A stretch of DNA of 64,000 bases from an uncultured Oscillospiraceae bacterium (GCA_964411275.1 CAYPKG010000002.1:25669-89668); one strand, 5' to 3'. Positions 36,970 through 46,961 are shown, counted from the stretch's first letter. Numbers and translations are program-made. The notes: generated by a model not told the origin, from the sequence alone.

Positions 36970-38133
36970 ATGAAGAAAATTCTCGCTTTGGTACTGGTAA
37001 TGGCTATGGCCCTTGCCGCGTTCGGTTGCGCCCAGCAGCCTGACCCCGAACCTGTGGCGGAGCCCACTGCCCCTGCGGCAGAGCCTGCTGAGGCTACCCC
37101 TGCGGCAGAGCCGGACCCCGCTCCCGCTGATGACACGCCTGTGCTGGCGCTGATCACAGACCTCGGCACCATCGACGACAAGTCCTTTAACCAGGGCACC
37201 TGGGAAGGTCTCGTGAAATACGCCGATGAGAGCGGTAAAAAGGCCCAGTATTATCAGCCTACCGAGCAAAGCAACGAAGCGTACCTGTCCGCCATTGAGA
37301 TGGCAGTGAATGCAGGCGCGGAAGTCATCGTCACCCCCGGCTTCCTGTTTGAAGAGCCCATCTATCTCGCGCAGGATATGTATCCGGAAGTGCACTTTGT
37401 GCTGATCGACGGCTGGCCGCATGACGCGGACTATCAATATCGCACCAATGATAACACCGTCGGCATCATATTCGCCGAGGAGCAGGTGGGTTACCTTGCT
37501 GGTTACGCAGCCGTGATGGATGGCTACACCAAGCTTGGGTATCAGGGCGGCATGGCGGTTCCCGCGGTTGTCCGGTATGGCTACGGCTTTGTGGCCGGCG
37601 CCGACGCGGCCGCTAAGGAAAAGGGCATCAATATCACCCTGGACTACAACTACTCCGGCGACTTTGCCGCGTCCCCTGAAAACCAGGCACGGGCTGCCGG
37701 CTGGTATGAGGGCGGCGTAGAGATCATATTCGCGGCGGGCGGCGCTGTCGGCAACTCTGTCATGGCTGCTGCGGAAGCCAGCACGGACAAGGCCGTCATC
37801 GGCGTTGACGTTGACCAGAGCAACCTGTCCGAAACAGTCTTGAACTCCGCCCTGAAGGGGCTGGGCGTTGCCACCTACGAGGCCGTGAAGGCGCTGTATG
37901 ACGGCAACTTCCCCGGCGGCCAGAACCAGACCATGGATGCCAGCAACGACGGCGTTTCCTTGGCAATGGCCTCCAATAAGTTCAAGGTGTTCGACCAGGC
38001 CGCCTATGACGCGCTGTATGCACAGCTCGCCTCCGGCTCCATCGATGTGCCTCGTGACGACGATTATCCCGATGCGGCGGGCGATCCCACCGCGTTCACC
38101 GTCACCAACACCACCGTGAATTACCACAAATAA
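36970..38133 (+). CDS. BMP family ABC substrate-binding lipoprotein (PnrA/TmpC-like, nucleoside binding)
   Basis: Lipobox LAAFGC and motifs GTIDDKSFNQGTWEG, GYLAGYAA and VIGVDVDQS. No permease or ATPase gene is adjacent. Confidence 0.9.
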   Translation: MKKILALVLVMAMALAAFGCAQQPDPEPVAEPTAPAAEPAEATPAAEPDPAPADDTPVLALITDLGTIDDKSFNQGTWEGLVKYADESGKKAQYYQPTEQSNEAYLSAIEMAVNAGAEVIVTPGFLFEEPIYLAQDMYPEVHFVLIDGWPHDADYQYRTNDNTVGIIFAEEQVGYLAGYAAVMDGYTKLGYQGGMAVPAVVRYGYGFVAGADAAAKEKGINITLDYNYSGDFAASPENQARAAGWYEGGVEIIFAAGGAVGNSVMAAAEASTDKAVIGVDVDQSNLSETVLNSALKGLGVATYEAVKALYDGNFPGGQNQTMDASNDGVSLAMASNKFKVFDQAAYDALYAQLASGSIDVPRDDDYPDAAGDPTAFTVTNTTVNYHK

Positions 38134-38148
38134 GAAGTAGTTGGCCCC

Positions 38149-38183
38149 AAGGGATCGTCTCGAATTGAGACGATCCCTTTTTT
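38149..38183 (+). terminator. Rho-independent terminator
   Basis: aagggatcgtctc-gaatt-gagacgatccctt followed by a T run. Confidence 0.85.
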
Positions 38184-38350
38184 ATCGCGGAATTTACTGC
38201 GGAGCGATATCGGATAAACTATTGAAATAAAGATTGTGCTAATATATACTGTCAAATAGCGCCTGTGTGCATGTATACAAGGGAGGGTGGGGACGAGCCT
38301 CATGGTATTCTGCATGCGCTGTGTTGTATAAAATTGTAGGGGGTTTTGAA

Positions 38351-39844
38351 GTGGGCAATTCTGTTTGGGAAATCGTCGCGTTTGGTCTGTATTTTTTGCT
38401 GATGCTGGGCGTCGGGCTTGTATTCTTTAAAAAGACAAACACGCTATCCGACTTTATTTTGGGCGACCGGAGCATGGGCCCGTTTGTGTCTGCCATTAGC
38501 GCTGTCGCGTCGGATATGAGCGGCTGGATGCTGATGGGTCTGCCTGGGGCGGTGTACCTTGCGGGTATGAACCAGCTATGGATCGGCATTGGCCTGGCTA
38601 TCGGCACGTATACCAGCTGGCTTGTGGTGGCAAAGCGCCTTCGCAATTACTCCGTGGTGGCCAATAACGCCCTGACGATCCCGGAATTCCTGCAAAACCG
38701 ATTTCACGATAAGAGCGGGGTATTAAGCCTTGTGAGCGGCATCGCCATTCTCGTGATGTTCACGATTTATGTGGCGTCCAGCCTGAGTGCAGGCGGCACG
38801 CTGTTTACGACGCTGTTTCCAAGCCTTGCTTATCAGCCGGCGGTGGTGATTACGGCTGTGATTATCATTGTATATACATTCATGGGCGGCTTCAAGGCGG
38901 TGTGCTGGACGGATTTGTTCCAGGGCATGCTGATGCTGGTGGCGGTGGTTGCGGTGCCGATTTTCGCCTTCGGTGGTATTTCCGGGGCGGATGTGGGCGA
39001 GAAGCTGCGCAGCCTGAACCTGGGCGAGGGGTTTTTGAACCTGATGCAGTACCAGGACGGCACGCCATACACGTTTAAGGACCTCATTTCCAACCTGGCC
39101 TGGGGCCTTGGATATCTGGGCATGCCGCATATCCTGGTGCGGTTTATGGCCATCCGTGACTACAAGACCATCAAATATTCCCGCCGCATTGCCACGGGTT
39201 GGGTCGTGATCGCGCTCCTGGCGGTGACGGCAGTCGGCATCGTGGGCCGACTGCAGCTGGGCAGCACGCTGGCGGATGCAGGCACACATGAAACGGTGTT
39301 TATCCTGTTGACCCGGCAGGTATTTGCGGCAGCGCCCTTCCTGGTGGGTATTCTGCTCTCCGCCATCCTCGCGGCAGCTATGAGCACGGCGGACAGTCAG
39401 CTGCTGGTGGTTTCCTCCACGATTACAAACGATATTTACCTAAAATTTACGAAAAAAGAAGTTCCCCAGAAGACGCTGGTGCTGATCTCCCGGATTGCGG
39501 TGGCGATCATTGCGATTATTGCTACGGTGATTGCGCTGGACGAAAGTTCCACAATCATGAGCCTTGTTTCCAACGCATGGTCCGGCTTTGGCGCGACGTT
39601 TGGCCCGATTATGGTGATGAGCCTGACATGGAAGCGCACGAATAAGGTGGGCGCCATCGCGGGCATGGTGACAGGGGCCCTGGTGTGGGTCGTGTGGCTG
39701 AACGTCTTCTCCCATACGGGGCTTTACGAGATGGTGCCTGCGTTCCTGCTGTCGCTAGCCGCGGTGGTGGTGGGCAGCCTGTTGTCGCAAGCGCCCAGCG
39801 CCCAGATGGTGAAGGAGTTTGAGACGGTACAGGCGATGAAATAA
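38351..39844 (+). CDS. putP: Sodium/proline symporter
   Basis: Motifs ASDMSGWMLMGLPG, YTFMGGFKAVCWTD, LGYLGMPHILVRFM and AMSTADSQLL. Confidence 0.93.
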   Translation: MGNSVWEIVAFGLYFLLMLGVGLVFFKKTNTLSDFILGDRSMGPFVSAISAVASDMSGWMLMGLPGAVYLAGMNQLWIGIGLAIGTYTSWLVVAKRLRNYSVVANNALTIPEFLQNRFHDKSGVLSLVSGIAILVMFTIYVASSLSAGGTLFTTLFPSLAYQPAVVITAVIIIVYTFMGGFKAVCWTDLFQGMLMLVAVVAVPIFAFGGISGADVGEKLRSLNLGEGFLNLMQYQDGTPYTFKDLISNLAWGLGYLGMPHILVRFMAIRDYKTIKYSRRIATGWVVIALLAVTAVGIVGRLQLGSTLADAGTHETVFILLTRQVFAAAPFLVGILLSAILAAAMSTADSQLLVVSSTITNDIYLKFTKKEVPQKTLVLISRIAVAIIAIIATVIALDESSTIMSLVSNAWSGFGATFGPIMVMSLTWKRTNKVGAIAGMVTGALVWVVWLNVFSHTGLYEMVPAFLLSLAAVVVGSLLSQAPSAQMVKEFETVQAMK

Positions 39845-39891
39845 GCAAAGGTTACAAAACGGGGCTGTAGCAGTCACAAGCTATAGCCCCG

Positions 39892-40318
39892 TTAATTTGC
39901 TTTCAAGCAGCCGGTCAGTTTTTTATATAAAGCATCTTTTTGTTCCCCTTGCACCTGAAACGATGAAAGTCCTTGACAATTATCTCGGTCAATCCAAATA
40001 TGCCCATCGCTAAATATGTATAGTAAAGGCCAGCGGGAAGGTTCGCCTAAGGCTTCAAGATTAATGAGGAAATAGCCCACGTTGGCGCTGATTTCTTTAT
40101 CTATGACAGTCCTTTTTACCTCATAATTCTTTGGTATATCGGCTATTTCGATACAGTTTAGAGCGATAGCATTGGTTGCGTGCGCATCATTGCCATTTTC
40201 TCTATGATAGTATGAAACATAGTTATAATGAATGAAAAAAGTGATGCTGCGTTTACGGGCTGTTTATAAAACATATCATTATTAATAGGAGGGCTATGAG
40301 TATATAAATTTTTTTCAT
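39892..40318 (-). pseudogene. Frameshifted secreted hypothetical protein
   Basis: AAGGAGG RBS, then MKKIYILIALLLIMICFINSP*. Dropping one A at about 40264 joins it to a frame that stays open to TAA 39892. Confidence 0.55.
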
Positions 40319-40375
40319 TATTTTCCTCCTTTTAATTTGGCGATACACTCCTCGGTAGAAAATTCTGCCCAGCTA

Positions 40376-40702
40376 CTAAGACTTAGCGTGTTGTTTCTTG
40401 TGTTTTACATAAACATAGACGCTACATATTAAATAAAATGCGACTATGACAATACCCAATGGCAATTCAATATTCATTACTTGCCCTGTATCTATCGTAC
40501 TCATATACATTGAATGGCAACCAGGCAAAATACCTAAAACCCCGCCCCAGAACAGGTTTTTAGCCAATAGAATGCCACTTATGATAAACAGAGCAATCCA
40601 AATAAATACCATCGGACTTACCGAAAGCCCGATTCCAATCATGACAAAGCCATAAAAGGCAGTAAAGATAATTGCGGGTATAAAGAACAAAAATTTTCTC
40701 AT
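40376..40702 (-). CDS. Small hypothetical membrane protein (about 4 TM)
   Basis: Hydrophobic ORF with a GGAG RBS; AT-rich. Confidence 0.7.
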   Translation of the reverse strand: MRKFLFFIPAIIFTAFYGFVMIGIGLSVSPMVFIWIALFIISGILLAKNLFWGGVLGILPGCHSMYMSTIDTGQVMNIELPLGIVIVAFYLICSVYVYVKHKKQHAKS

Positions 40703-40743
40703 CAATATTCTCCATTGCAAAGCTTCATGGGCCAAATAGATGC

Positions 40744-41139
40744 TTATTTTGATTTCTTTAAATGATAGGTTAACGCCATTCCAATACAGAAAGAAAGCTC
40801 TTTTATCGGCAGTTTCTTTTTGGGGTCTATGATAATCCCCCGATTGTCTGTAAACTCCAGCGCGTTACCAAACAGCTGTCTAAAATTTTCGATTAAGCTG
40901 GTTTGGCAATGAACAAAAATCCCGATTTTATCTTCGCCGAACCGATCCAGGCGTATTGGCGTACCTGTTTTCGGTTTCACTGTTGAGTACGTTGGCTGCC
41001 CCCATTTTAGGCTTTCTTCCAATTCACCTACACCGGACATTTCACTGGCAACAGTGTAAATTAATTCCCTTATTTGGAGCAAAGGTTTTCTATATTCTTC
41101 CGGATAATGATCATATACGTTTTGAATGCTTTCGTTCAT
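40744..41139 (-). CDS. DUF1801 (YdhG-like) domain protein
   Basis: Motifs LLQIRELIY..A..VGELEESLKWGQPTY, IFVHCQT and GNRG-like DNRGI. Confidence 0.8.
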   Translation of the reverse strand: MNESIQNVYDHYPEEYRKPLLQIRELIYTVASEMSGVGELEESLKWGQPTYSTVKPKTGTPIRLDRFGEDKIGIFVHCQTSLIENFRQLFGNALEFTDNRGIIIDPKKKLPIKELSFCIGMALTYHLKKSK

Positions 41140-41246
41140 ATCCTATCGCCTTACATCCTTATTTAATACTATTGCGCCGCCGCTGGTGAATGCCGGCTTA
41201 AAAATGCCAAAGAGCAGCCACAAAAAACATAGGGAGCAAAGTTTCA

Positions 41247-41735
41247 TCAGGCTGGTTCTTGCGGGGTTGTGGATTGATCGGGGTTCAACCGCTCCAGCGG
41301 GACACCCGCCTCTTTGAATATTTGCAGGGCAAACTCGTCTGGATATCCCTGGGCATACAACACCCGTGAAATCCCCGCGTTCACGATCATCTTCGCGCAG
41401 ATGACGCAGGGCTGATGGGTGCAGTACAGGGTTGCGCCATCGATGCTGACGCCCAGTTTTGCCGCCTGTATGATGGCGTTTTGTTCCGCATGTATGGCAT
41501 AGCACAATTCCTGCCGGATGCCGGAGGGGATGTCCAGCTTGCGGCGCAGGCATTCCTGCCGCTCTACACAGCTTTGCAGCCCGGCGGGGGCGCCATTATA
41601 CCCGGTGGTGAGGATGCGCTTGTTTTTGACGATAATCGCGCCAATTTTCCGGTTTTCCTGATAGCAGCTGGACCAGTTCGCGATGGAATGGGCAAGCTCC
41701 ATAAAACGTAGATCCCATTTATTCCAAGAGGACAT
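41247..41735 (-). CDS. dCMP deaminase (ComEB-like)
   Basis: Motifs SSC..RKIGAIIVK..TGYNG, HAEQNA and PCVICAKM. Confidence 0.92.
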   Translation of the reverse strand: MSSWNKWDLRFMELAHSIANWSSCYQENRKIGAIIVKNKRILTTGYNGAPAGLQSCVERQECLRRKLDIPSGIRQELCYAIHAEQNAIIQAAKLGVSIDGATLYCTHQPCVICAKMIVNAGISRVLYAQGYPDEFALQIFKEAGVPLERLNPDQSTTPQEPA

Positions 41736-41810
41736 GAATAGTTTACTCCTTACAGTTTCGATCAGTATAGCATAACGACAGTTTGCCGTCCACAATTTTG
41801 CCGCGTGTTG

Positions 41811-42233
41811 CTACAAATCCACGGTAAAGCGCAGGCGCGTGAATTCCATGCCTTCGCGCTCGTAAAAGCGGTGGGCATCCACGCGCTTTTTGCTGCAGCT
41901 CACCTCAAGCCGGATGCAGCCTGCCTCCTTAGCAATGCGGCGGGCTTCCAGATACAGCTGGTGGCCCGCGCCCCGGGAGCGCATGCCCTCGCGGGTAAAA
42001 AGCTCCATGATCTCCGCGATGGTGCCTGCCTGGCAGAGCATGGTACCGATGCGCAGCGTCAAAAGCGCTATAACCTGGCCGTCTTCTTCAAATAGAAGGG
42101 TATGCATTTTTGGGTTGTTAAGATAATCCAAATAGGCCTCATGAAATTGTTGTGGATCAAGGGCCATCTCCACCAGCTCGCAGTTGATTTCATAAACGGC
42201 TTGTTCATCCAAAATGGTAGCGGCACGGACCAT
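41811..42233 (-). CDS. GNAT family N-acetyltransferase
   Basis: Motifs ELFTREGMRSRGAGHQL and AHRFYEREG. Confidence 0.88.
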   Translation of the reverse strand: MVRAATILDEQAVYEINCELVEMALDPQQFHEAYLDYLNNPKMHTLLFEEDGQVIALLTLRIGTMLCQAGTIAEIMELFTREGMRSRGAGHQLYLEARRIAKEAGCIRLEVSCSKKRVDAHRFYEREGMEFTRLRFTVDL

Positions 42234-42431
42234 AAACAACCATCTCCCGTATCAAATTCATGCATGGGATTTTGCCTGGGTTTTGATTGATTGATTGGAA
42301 AAAGTATATCACAGCGATGAGCTGGAATAAATAGTTAAAATCATGTATTTTCGTGCCAATTACATGCAGCAAAAAACAACAACACCATGAGGTGCTGTTG
42401 CGGGACTGTGGAAAAAGTCATTATGGGATTA

Positions 42432-43115
42432 TCAAGGGGCCGCAACCCCTTTATTTTCAACGTTCCAGCGCTCTGCAACGCCTTTATATCGATCCCCTTT
42501 GCTTAAAACAAAAGGCTTAATGCCGATATTGAAAATCGCGTAATGCAATATGCCTTGTAAAAAATATTTCCGCTTATGCTTGATGTCTTGATAGAAGCGT
42601 TCGGCGCTTCGTTCAAACCGCGTTACAAAAGGTTTTTCAAATTGGGGCGAATTTGAAAAAGGGAGTTTATGTTGTATCATTGCGCTGATGTAGGCGCCGG
42701 AATAAGAGAGGATATTCTTAAGAATTGTTGCCGCTTTGGAGCCGCCGTAGTTTTCGCTTGTAATGACACCGATGGCATATTTTTTATTGAGTGATTGCTC
42801 CATGATCAAATGCCCGCGGTCCGCAAAGGTTTTCAGTTGACCGGATATATTGCTTTCATAAGTTGGCGTGCCCATAATAATCCCGTCTGCTTTAACAATC
42901 TCATTGGACAATTTCTCGATATCATCGTCCATAATACAGTTTCCTTTTTCGAAGCAATAGCAGCATCCCTTACAAAACGCCAATTCAAGCTCCGACAAAT
43001 TGTAAAAAGCGACCTCTACATCGTTCTTTGCTTGTAAATAGTTGCCGATGATGGTTAATATCCGGGCAGTAGAACCATTTGGCCTTGGACTTCCATTTAT
43101 AATGATAATTTTCAT
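42432..43115 (-). CDS. Flavodoxin family / NADPH-dependent FMN reductase-like protein
   Basis: Motifs INGSPRPNGST, CKGCCYC..C and GTPTYESNISGQLKTFADR. Confidence 0.88.
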   Translation of the reverse strand: MKIIIINGSPRPNGSTARILTIIGNYLQAKNDVEVAFYNLSELELAFCKGCCYCFEKGNCIMDDDIEKLSNEIVKADGIIMGTPTYESNISGQLKTFADRGHLIMEQSLNKKYAIGVITSENYGGSKAATILKNILSYSGAYISAMIQHKLPFSNSPQFEKPFVTRFERSAERFYQDIKHKRKYFLQGILHYAIFNIGIKPFVLSKGDRYKGVAERWNVENKGVAAP

Positions 43116-43232
43116 TTCGACCTCTCCTCAGTTTTTAAGTTTGCAATTGGATTATAAGTGAAGTATAATGCAAACAATACATTTCGTATACTATGCACTT
43201 TTTTGTAAGATACTATCTAAAAGGAGAGTATT

Positions 43233-43589
43233 ATGAAATTAGAGGATTGTTCTGTTAAGGAAATAGGCTATGGGAAGTTTGAGACACTTGTACGCATGAT
43301 TGGCGGCAAATGGAAGTTAAGGATCATTTTCTTTCTCGCGTTCCATGAAGTGTTGCGGTATGGGGAGCTTAAAAGACTTTTGCATCCTGTCACGCATAAG
43401 ATGCTCACCAGCCAATTAAAGGAGTTACAGAAGGATGGATTGGTTGTGCGCACAGAATATCCGCAAGTTCCGCCAAAAGTAGAATATTCGCTTAGCCAGA
43501 TGGGGCGGGATTTGCGACCTGTTGTGGAAAAACTATGCGATTGGATTACCGCCCATAATATTCAGGAGATACCGCCACGTGAAGGCTAA
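43233..43589 (+). CDS. HxlR family winged-HTH regulator
   Basis: Motifs IGGKWKLRII, LTSQLKELQKDGLV.R and PPKVEYSL. Confidence 0.93.
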   Translation: MKLEDCSVKEIGYGKFETLVRMIGGKWKLRIIFFLAFHEVLRYGELKRLLHPVTHKMLTSQLKELQKDGLVVRTEYPQVPPKVEYSLSQMGRDLRPVVEKLCDWITAHNIQEIPPREG

Positions 43590-43670
43590 ATCGTATATCA
43601 ATCACCAAAGGCAAGGCCATTTTTAAGCCTTGCCTTTTTTTGAAGCGGCGCGTTTTTTCATGCTTGCGTT

Positions 43671-44261
43671 TTATTGTTCGAACACCACAACATATGAACC
43701 CAAAACCTGTTCACATGGAATTGAAGCTGCATTTTGCACTGTAAACTCCTGTTTTTCATACTGCTTCGCAGGTTCGGTTGAAAATGCGGGGTATGTCTTT
43801 CCGGTGCTGATCCCATGTGCACCGCCATCGGCGAACTTCCACGCAAACTCGCAATCGCAGAATTCTCGATTGCTGTCTATTTTCTTCGCTGGTTGAAATA
43901 CTGGATTTTCGCTTAGAAAAAAGCATCCGTCGTTGTCCTTTTCCGCCGGGCAGCCGCCCTCAATGCCCACGCCTGTATAGGTGATCTCCAGGAAGGGGGC
44001 TGTAAATGTCACTGCCTTTCCATTTCTTCGGAAGGATAGCTCCGTGCTCGCGCTGTCCCAGTGTCCAATGTTGAGCCAACCGCGCTTGCCATCCGCTTCA
44101 ACGGCAGTATTCAGCTCTACATACACGATTTCAGGCTCGCTATAGCGAATTTCGGCATTTACTCTCAGCACAGGCCTGAGGGAAACAAAGCCATCCGGCA
44201 GTATGGCTCTTAGCCGGTCTTGTTCTACTTTATACGCGGTAACAAATTGCTCTATTTTCAT
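43671..44261 (-). CDS. Hypothetical protein
   Basis: 196-aa ORF with a GGAGG RBS. No motif recognised with confidence. Confidence 0.7.
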   Translation of the reverse strand: MKIEQFVTAYKVEQDRLRAILPDGFVSLRPVLRVNAEIRYSEPEIVYVELNTAVEADGKRGWLNIGHWDSASTELSFRRNGKAVTFTAPFLEITYTGVGIEGGCPAEKDNDGCFFLSENPVFQPAKKIDSNREFCDCEFAWKFADGGAHGISTGKTYPAFSTEPAKQYEKQEFTVQNAASIPCEQVLGSYVVVFEQ

Positions 44262-44311
44262 GGTATTACCCTCCTACATATTATTTTAATTTACTCTCAG
44301 CCCTATTCCTG

Positions 44312-44842
44312 CTACTGTAGGGAAGCGCCAAACGATCTGAGTTCCTCCAGTTTCTCAGCGGAGCCATTTTGCGCGCCGTATGAGGTAAACACCCCCATGT
44401 CCTCCAAGCCCAGGAAATCCAGGAAATCCCCCTGATAAGAGAACACAGCGCCGTCGTATACATCCGCGTCACCGGAACTCAAAATCATGGCCACTTTTTT
44501 CAAGTGGGGGGGCTTTTTCGGGTATGCCGCTGCATACAAACGGTCAATGGCGCATTTGAGCTGTCCGGATAGCCCATGGTAATAAATGGGCGAGGCGATT
44601 ACCAGCATTTCCGCCTCCTGGAGCAAGGCGTAAACCTCCTGCATACCGTCTTTCTGGGCACAGCTTCCGTTGCCTTTGGTATGGCAGTATTCACATGCCA
44701 GGCAGCCGCCGATTTTCTTATGACAGATATCCACCACATCCACCCGATGGCCCGCAGAGGCTGCCCCCTCTAAAAAGGCCTCTACCATCTGTTTCGTGTT
44801 GCCCTTTGGACGCGGGCTGCCGTTTAGCACGAGAATTTTCAT
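44312..44842 (-). CDS. Flavodoxin family (iron-sulfur flavoprotein-like) protein
   Basis: Motifs LNGSPRPKGNT, CLACEYC..C and IASPIYYHGLSGQLKCAIDR. Confidence 0.9.
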   Translation of the reverse strand: MKILVLNGSPRPKGNTKQMVEAFLEGAASAGHRVDVVDICHKKIGGCLACEYCHTKGNGSCAQKDGMQEVYALLQEAEMLVIASPIYYHGLSGQLKCAIDRLYAAAYPKKPPHLKKVAMILSSGDADVYDGAVFSYQGDFLDFLGLEDMGVFTSYGAQNGSAEKLEELRSFGASLQ

Positions 44843-45090
44843 TTATTCATTTCTCCTTTCTGCATTAGAATGAAATCCTTTTTTAAATTTTATTGGTATC
44901 GCTTCAATTCATGTAAACACAGCTATCGACATGGTGCAACAGTATGCAAATCTGATATCTGAACATTCAAGGCGGGATAGAAGTTCCTGTACATCTAAAA
45001 AAAAGGCCTTTTGAGAGTACTCTCAAAAGGTCTTTCCGGTCGCTTGAATACTGGATTTGCGAGACATAAATCCAGATTGACCTCGTTAAT

Positions 45091-45177
45091 TGGTGCCGGA
45101 AGTGGGACTTGAACCCACACGGTATCGCTACCAACGGATTTTGAGTCCGTCACGTCTGCCTATTCCATCATTCCGGC
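45091..45177 (-). tRNA. tRNA-Leu (anticodon CAA)
   Basis: 87-nt cloverleaf with long variable arm and anticodon arm ACGGA-CTCAAAA-TCCGT, ending CCA. Promoter TTGCAA-17-TAGAAT lies upstream. Confidence 0.96.
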
Positions 45178-45260
45178 TAGCCACGAGAAGTATTCTACCA
45201 CAGTCCTGCTGGTTTTGCAATCGCTTTTCTTTGTATGCTGGGCGGCAATTTTTTTATTTT

Positions 45261-45321
45261 GGAAAGTAAGCTTTACATCATATAAAACTTGTGGTATCAT
45301 GAGATGGAAAGTTAACTTTCC
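45261..45321. promoter_or_regulatory. Pair of operator palindromes upstream of the XRE gene
   Basis: GGAAAGTAAGCTTTAC (45261-45276) and the perfect palindrome GGAAAGTTAACTTTCC (45306-45321). Confidence 0.65.
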
Positions 45322-45339
45322 AAAAGAGGAGGGCGCATA

Positions 45340-45558
45340 TTGAAAAACAGATTGGAAGAATTGCGGAAAAACCGGGGGATGCGGCAAGAGGAGCTTGCCG
45401 CCGCGCTGGAGGTGTCCCGGCAGACAATCGGCTCTCTGGAGAATGGGCGATACAACCCATCCATCCAGCTGGCGTTTAAAATCGCCCGATATTTCGGGGT
45501 AAGCATTGAAGAAGTTTTTATTTATGAGGAGGATTATCAGGATGGAACGGTTTCGTAG
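45340..45558 (+). CDS. Small XRE-family HTH regulator
   Basis: Sequence MKNRLEELRK..QEELA..VSRQTIGSLENGRYNPSIQLAFKIA. Confidence 0.93.
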   Translation: MKNRLEELRKNRGMRQEELAAALEVSRQTIGSLENGRYNPSIQLAFKIARYFGVSIEEVFIYEEDYQDGTVS

Positions 45559-45979
45559 CAGGCGGCATTTTGTGCTCGCCATCATCGGATTTGTCATAGT
45601 TGCGGCGGGATTGGCGCTGTTGATGGCGTTTTCTGACCGGGAAGGGCTTTTCAATACAATCCCATTTTTATGCGTTGGCGTCGGCTCGGGTATATTCGGC
45701 GGCAATCTGGGCGTGGCATTGAAATATAGAGCGCTGCGCAAGGACCCCAATGCGGCCAAGCAAATTGAAATCGAGACAAAGGACGAGCGCAACCGCGCCA
45801 TCCGGCTCAAGGCCAAGGCCCAGGTGTATGATTTGATGATCTATGTGTTTGCGGCGCTGTTGTTGGCATTCGCTCTGTTCGGGGTGGACCCGGTGATTAT
45901 ACTGACGCTTGTGGGGGTGTATCTGTTTTTCGTGTTCGCCCAGGTTTATTATATTTCCAAATACTATAAGGAGATGTAG
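45542..45979 (+). CDS. Hypothetical membrane protein with DERN motif
   Basis: Four hydrophobic segments and IETKDERNRAI. It overlaps the XRE gene. Confidence 0.8.
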   Translation: MERFRSRRHFVLAIIGFVIVAAGLALLMAFSDREGLFNTIPFLCVGVGSGIFGGNLGVALKYRALRKDPNAAKQIEIETKDERNRAIRLKAKAQVYDLMIYVFAALLLAFALFGVDPVIILTLVGVYLFFVFAQVYYISKYYKEM

Positions 45980-46044
45980 CGATATTTCTACAACAATCAC
46001 CCCGTCGCCCATTTTAGGCAGCGGGGTGATTGTGTCCTTAAACT

Positions 46045-46857
46045 TTAGTGCTCATACCCGATCTCGTACAGGCCCCACATACGCTCCGGAATTCTAAGTT
46101 CGGTGTCCCAGAAATCCACCTCATAGCATTCCTCATCGTTGACGCACAGGTACAGATGCGTACCGTCATCACCCCAGCTGGCAGAGCTTTTCGTGATGTC
46201 AACGATATGTTCCCGCCCGCCGAACGCGGAGTTTTTATAGAAATACAGGGCGATTTGACTTAGTGTCATATCTTTAAACCCTTCCGGCACCACGATGTCG
46301 GAGGAATAGGGGGGATATTCCTTGTCGATGGTCAGCTGATAGCCCATCAGCCGCCCGGTATCCGGCATAATCCGCGCGGAGAAGAAGCAATCCCCGTTCC
46401 AGGGATTTTTGTGGCCAAAGAGCAGGTCAAACCCGTCGTACACCACCACGGCTTTCTCAGGCAGCCATCCCGTCAGGTCGTAAAGATGCCGCATGGCCCA
46501 CCAGGCCTGCTCTCGGATGGTCATGTCTTCGCCAGTGTAGGATACTGCATCCGGATCATAGAAAAAATCCCCCAAAAAGCCTTCGGTTATAAACTTCAGC
46601 TCCGGGCACACAAAATCCGGCCGGTGCATGTCCGGGTAATGCGCGTTGCCCGGCGCGGGGAGGGAGGGGAGCGCCTCGTCATCCGTAGAAGCGGTGGCTG
46701 CCGGGGTGGTTGCGGCGGGTTTCACCGCTACAGCCACGAGGGGATCGCCTGTGGCACTGGCAACGAGGCCGGGGCCCGCCGCGATTGCGGCTGCGCAAAC
46801 AACAAACAGCAATAGTGCGAGAGCGAGAAAGACCAAAAGACGGCTATTGCATCGCAT
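46045..46857 (-). CDS. Hypothetical exported protein
   Basis: N-terminal hydrophobic signal, Ala/Thr/Pro linker and a globular C-terminal part. Confidence 0.7.
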   Translation of the reverse strand: MRCNSRLLVFLALALLLFVVCAAAIAAGPGLVASATGDPLVAVAVKPAATTPAATASTDDEALPSLPAPGNAHYPDMHRPDFVCPELKFITEGFLGDFFYDPDAVSYTGEDMTIREQAWWAMRHLYDLTGWLPEKAVVVYDGFDLLFGHKNPWNGDCFFSARIMPDTGRLMGYQLTIDKEYPPYSSDIVVPEGFKDMTLSQIALYFYKNSAFGGREHIVDITKSSASWGDDGTHLYLCVNDEECYEVDFWDTELRIPERMWGLYEIGYEH

Positions 46858-46961
46858 GTTGAGTACCTGCTTTCATAAATTTTTACAGGGAACGCGTCCA
46901 ATTCATATGAAAAAACAGGATACCCGTTTGACCGGATATCCTACCTTTTGTACTGTTTCGT

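Noticed and set aside
44900-45030. Short + strand frame IHVNTAIDMVQQYANL next to tRNA-Leu, possibly an integrase C-terminal remnant
   Set aside because: Similarity is too weak, with no start codon, no RHR catalytic context and no att repeat.
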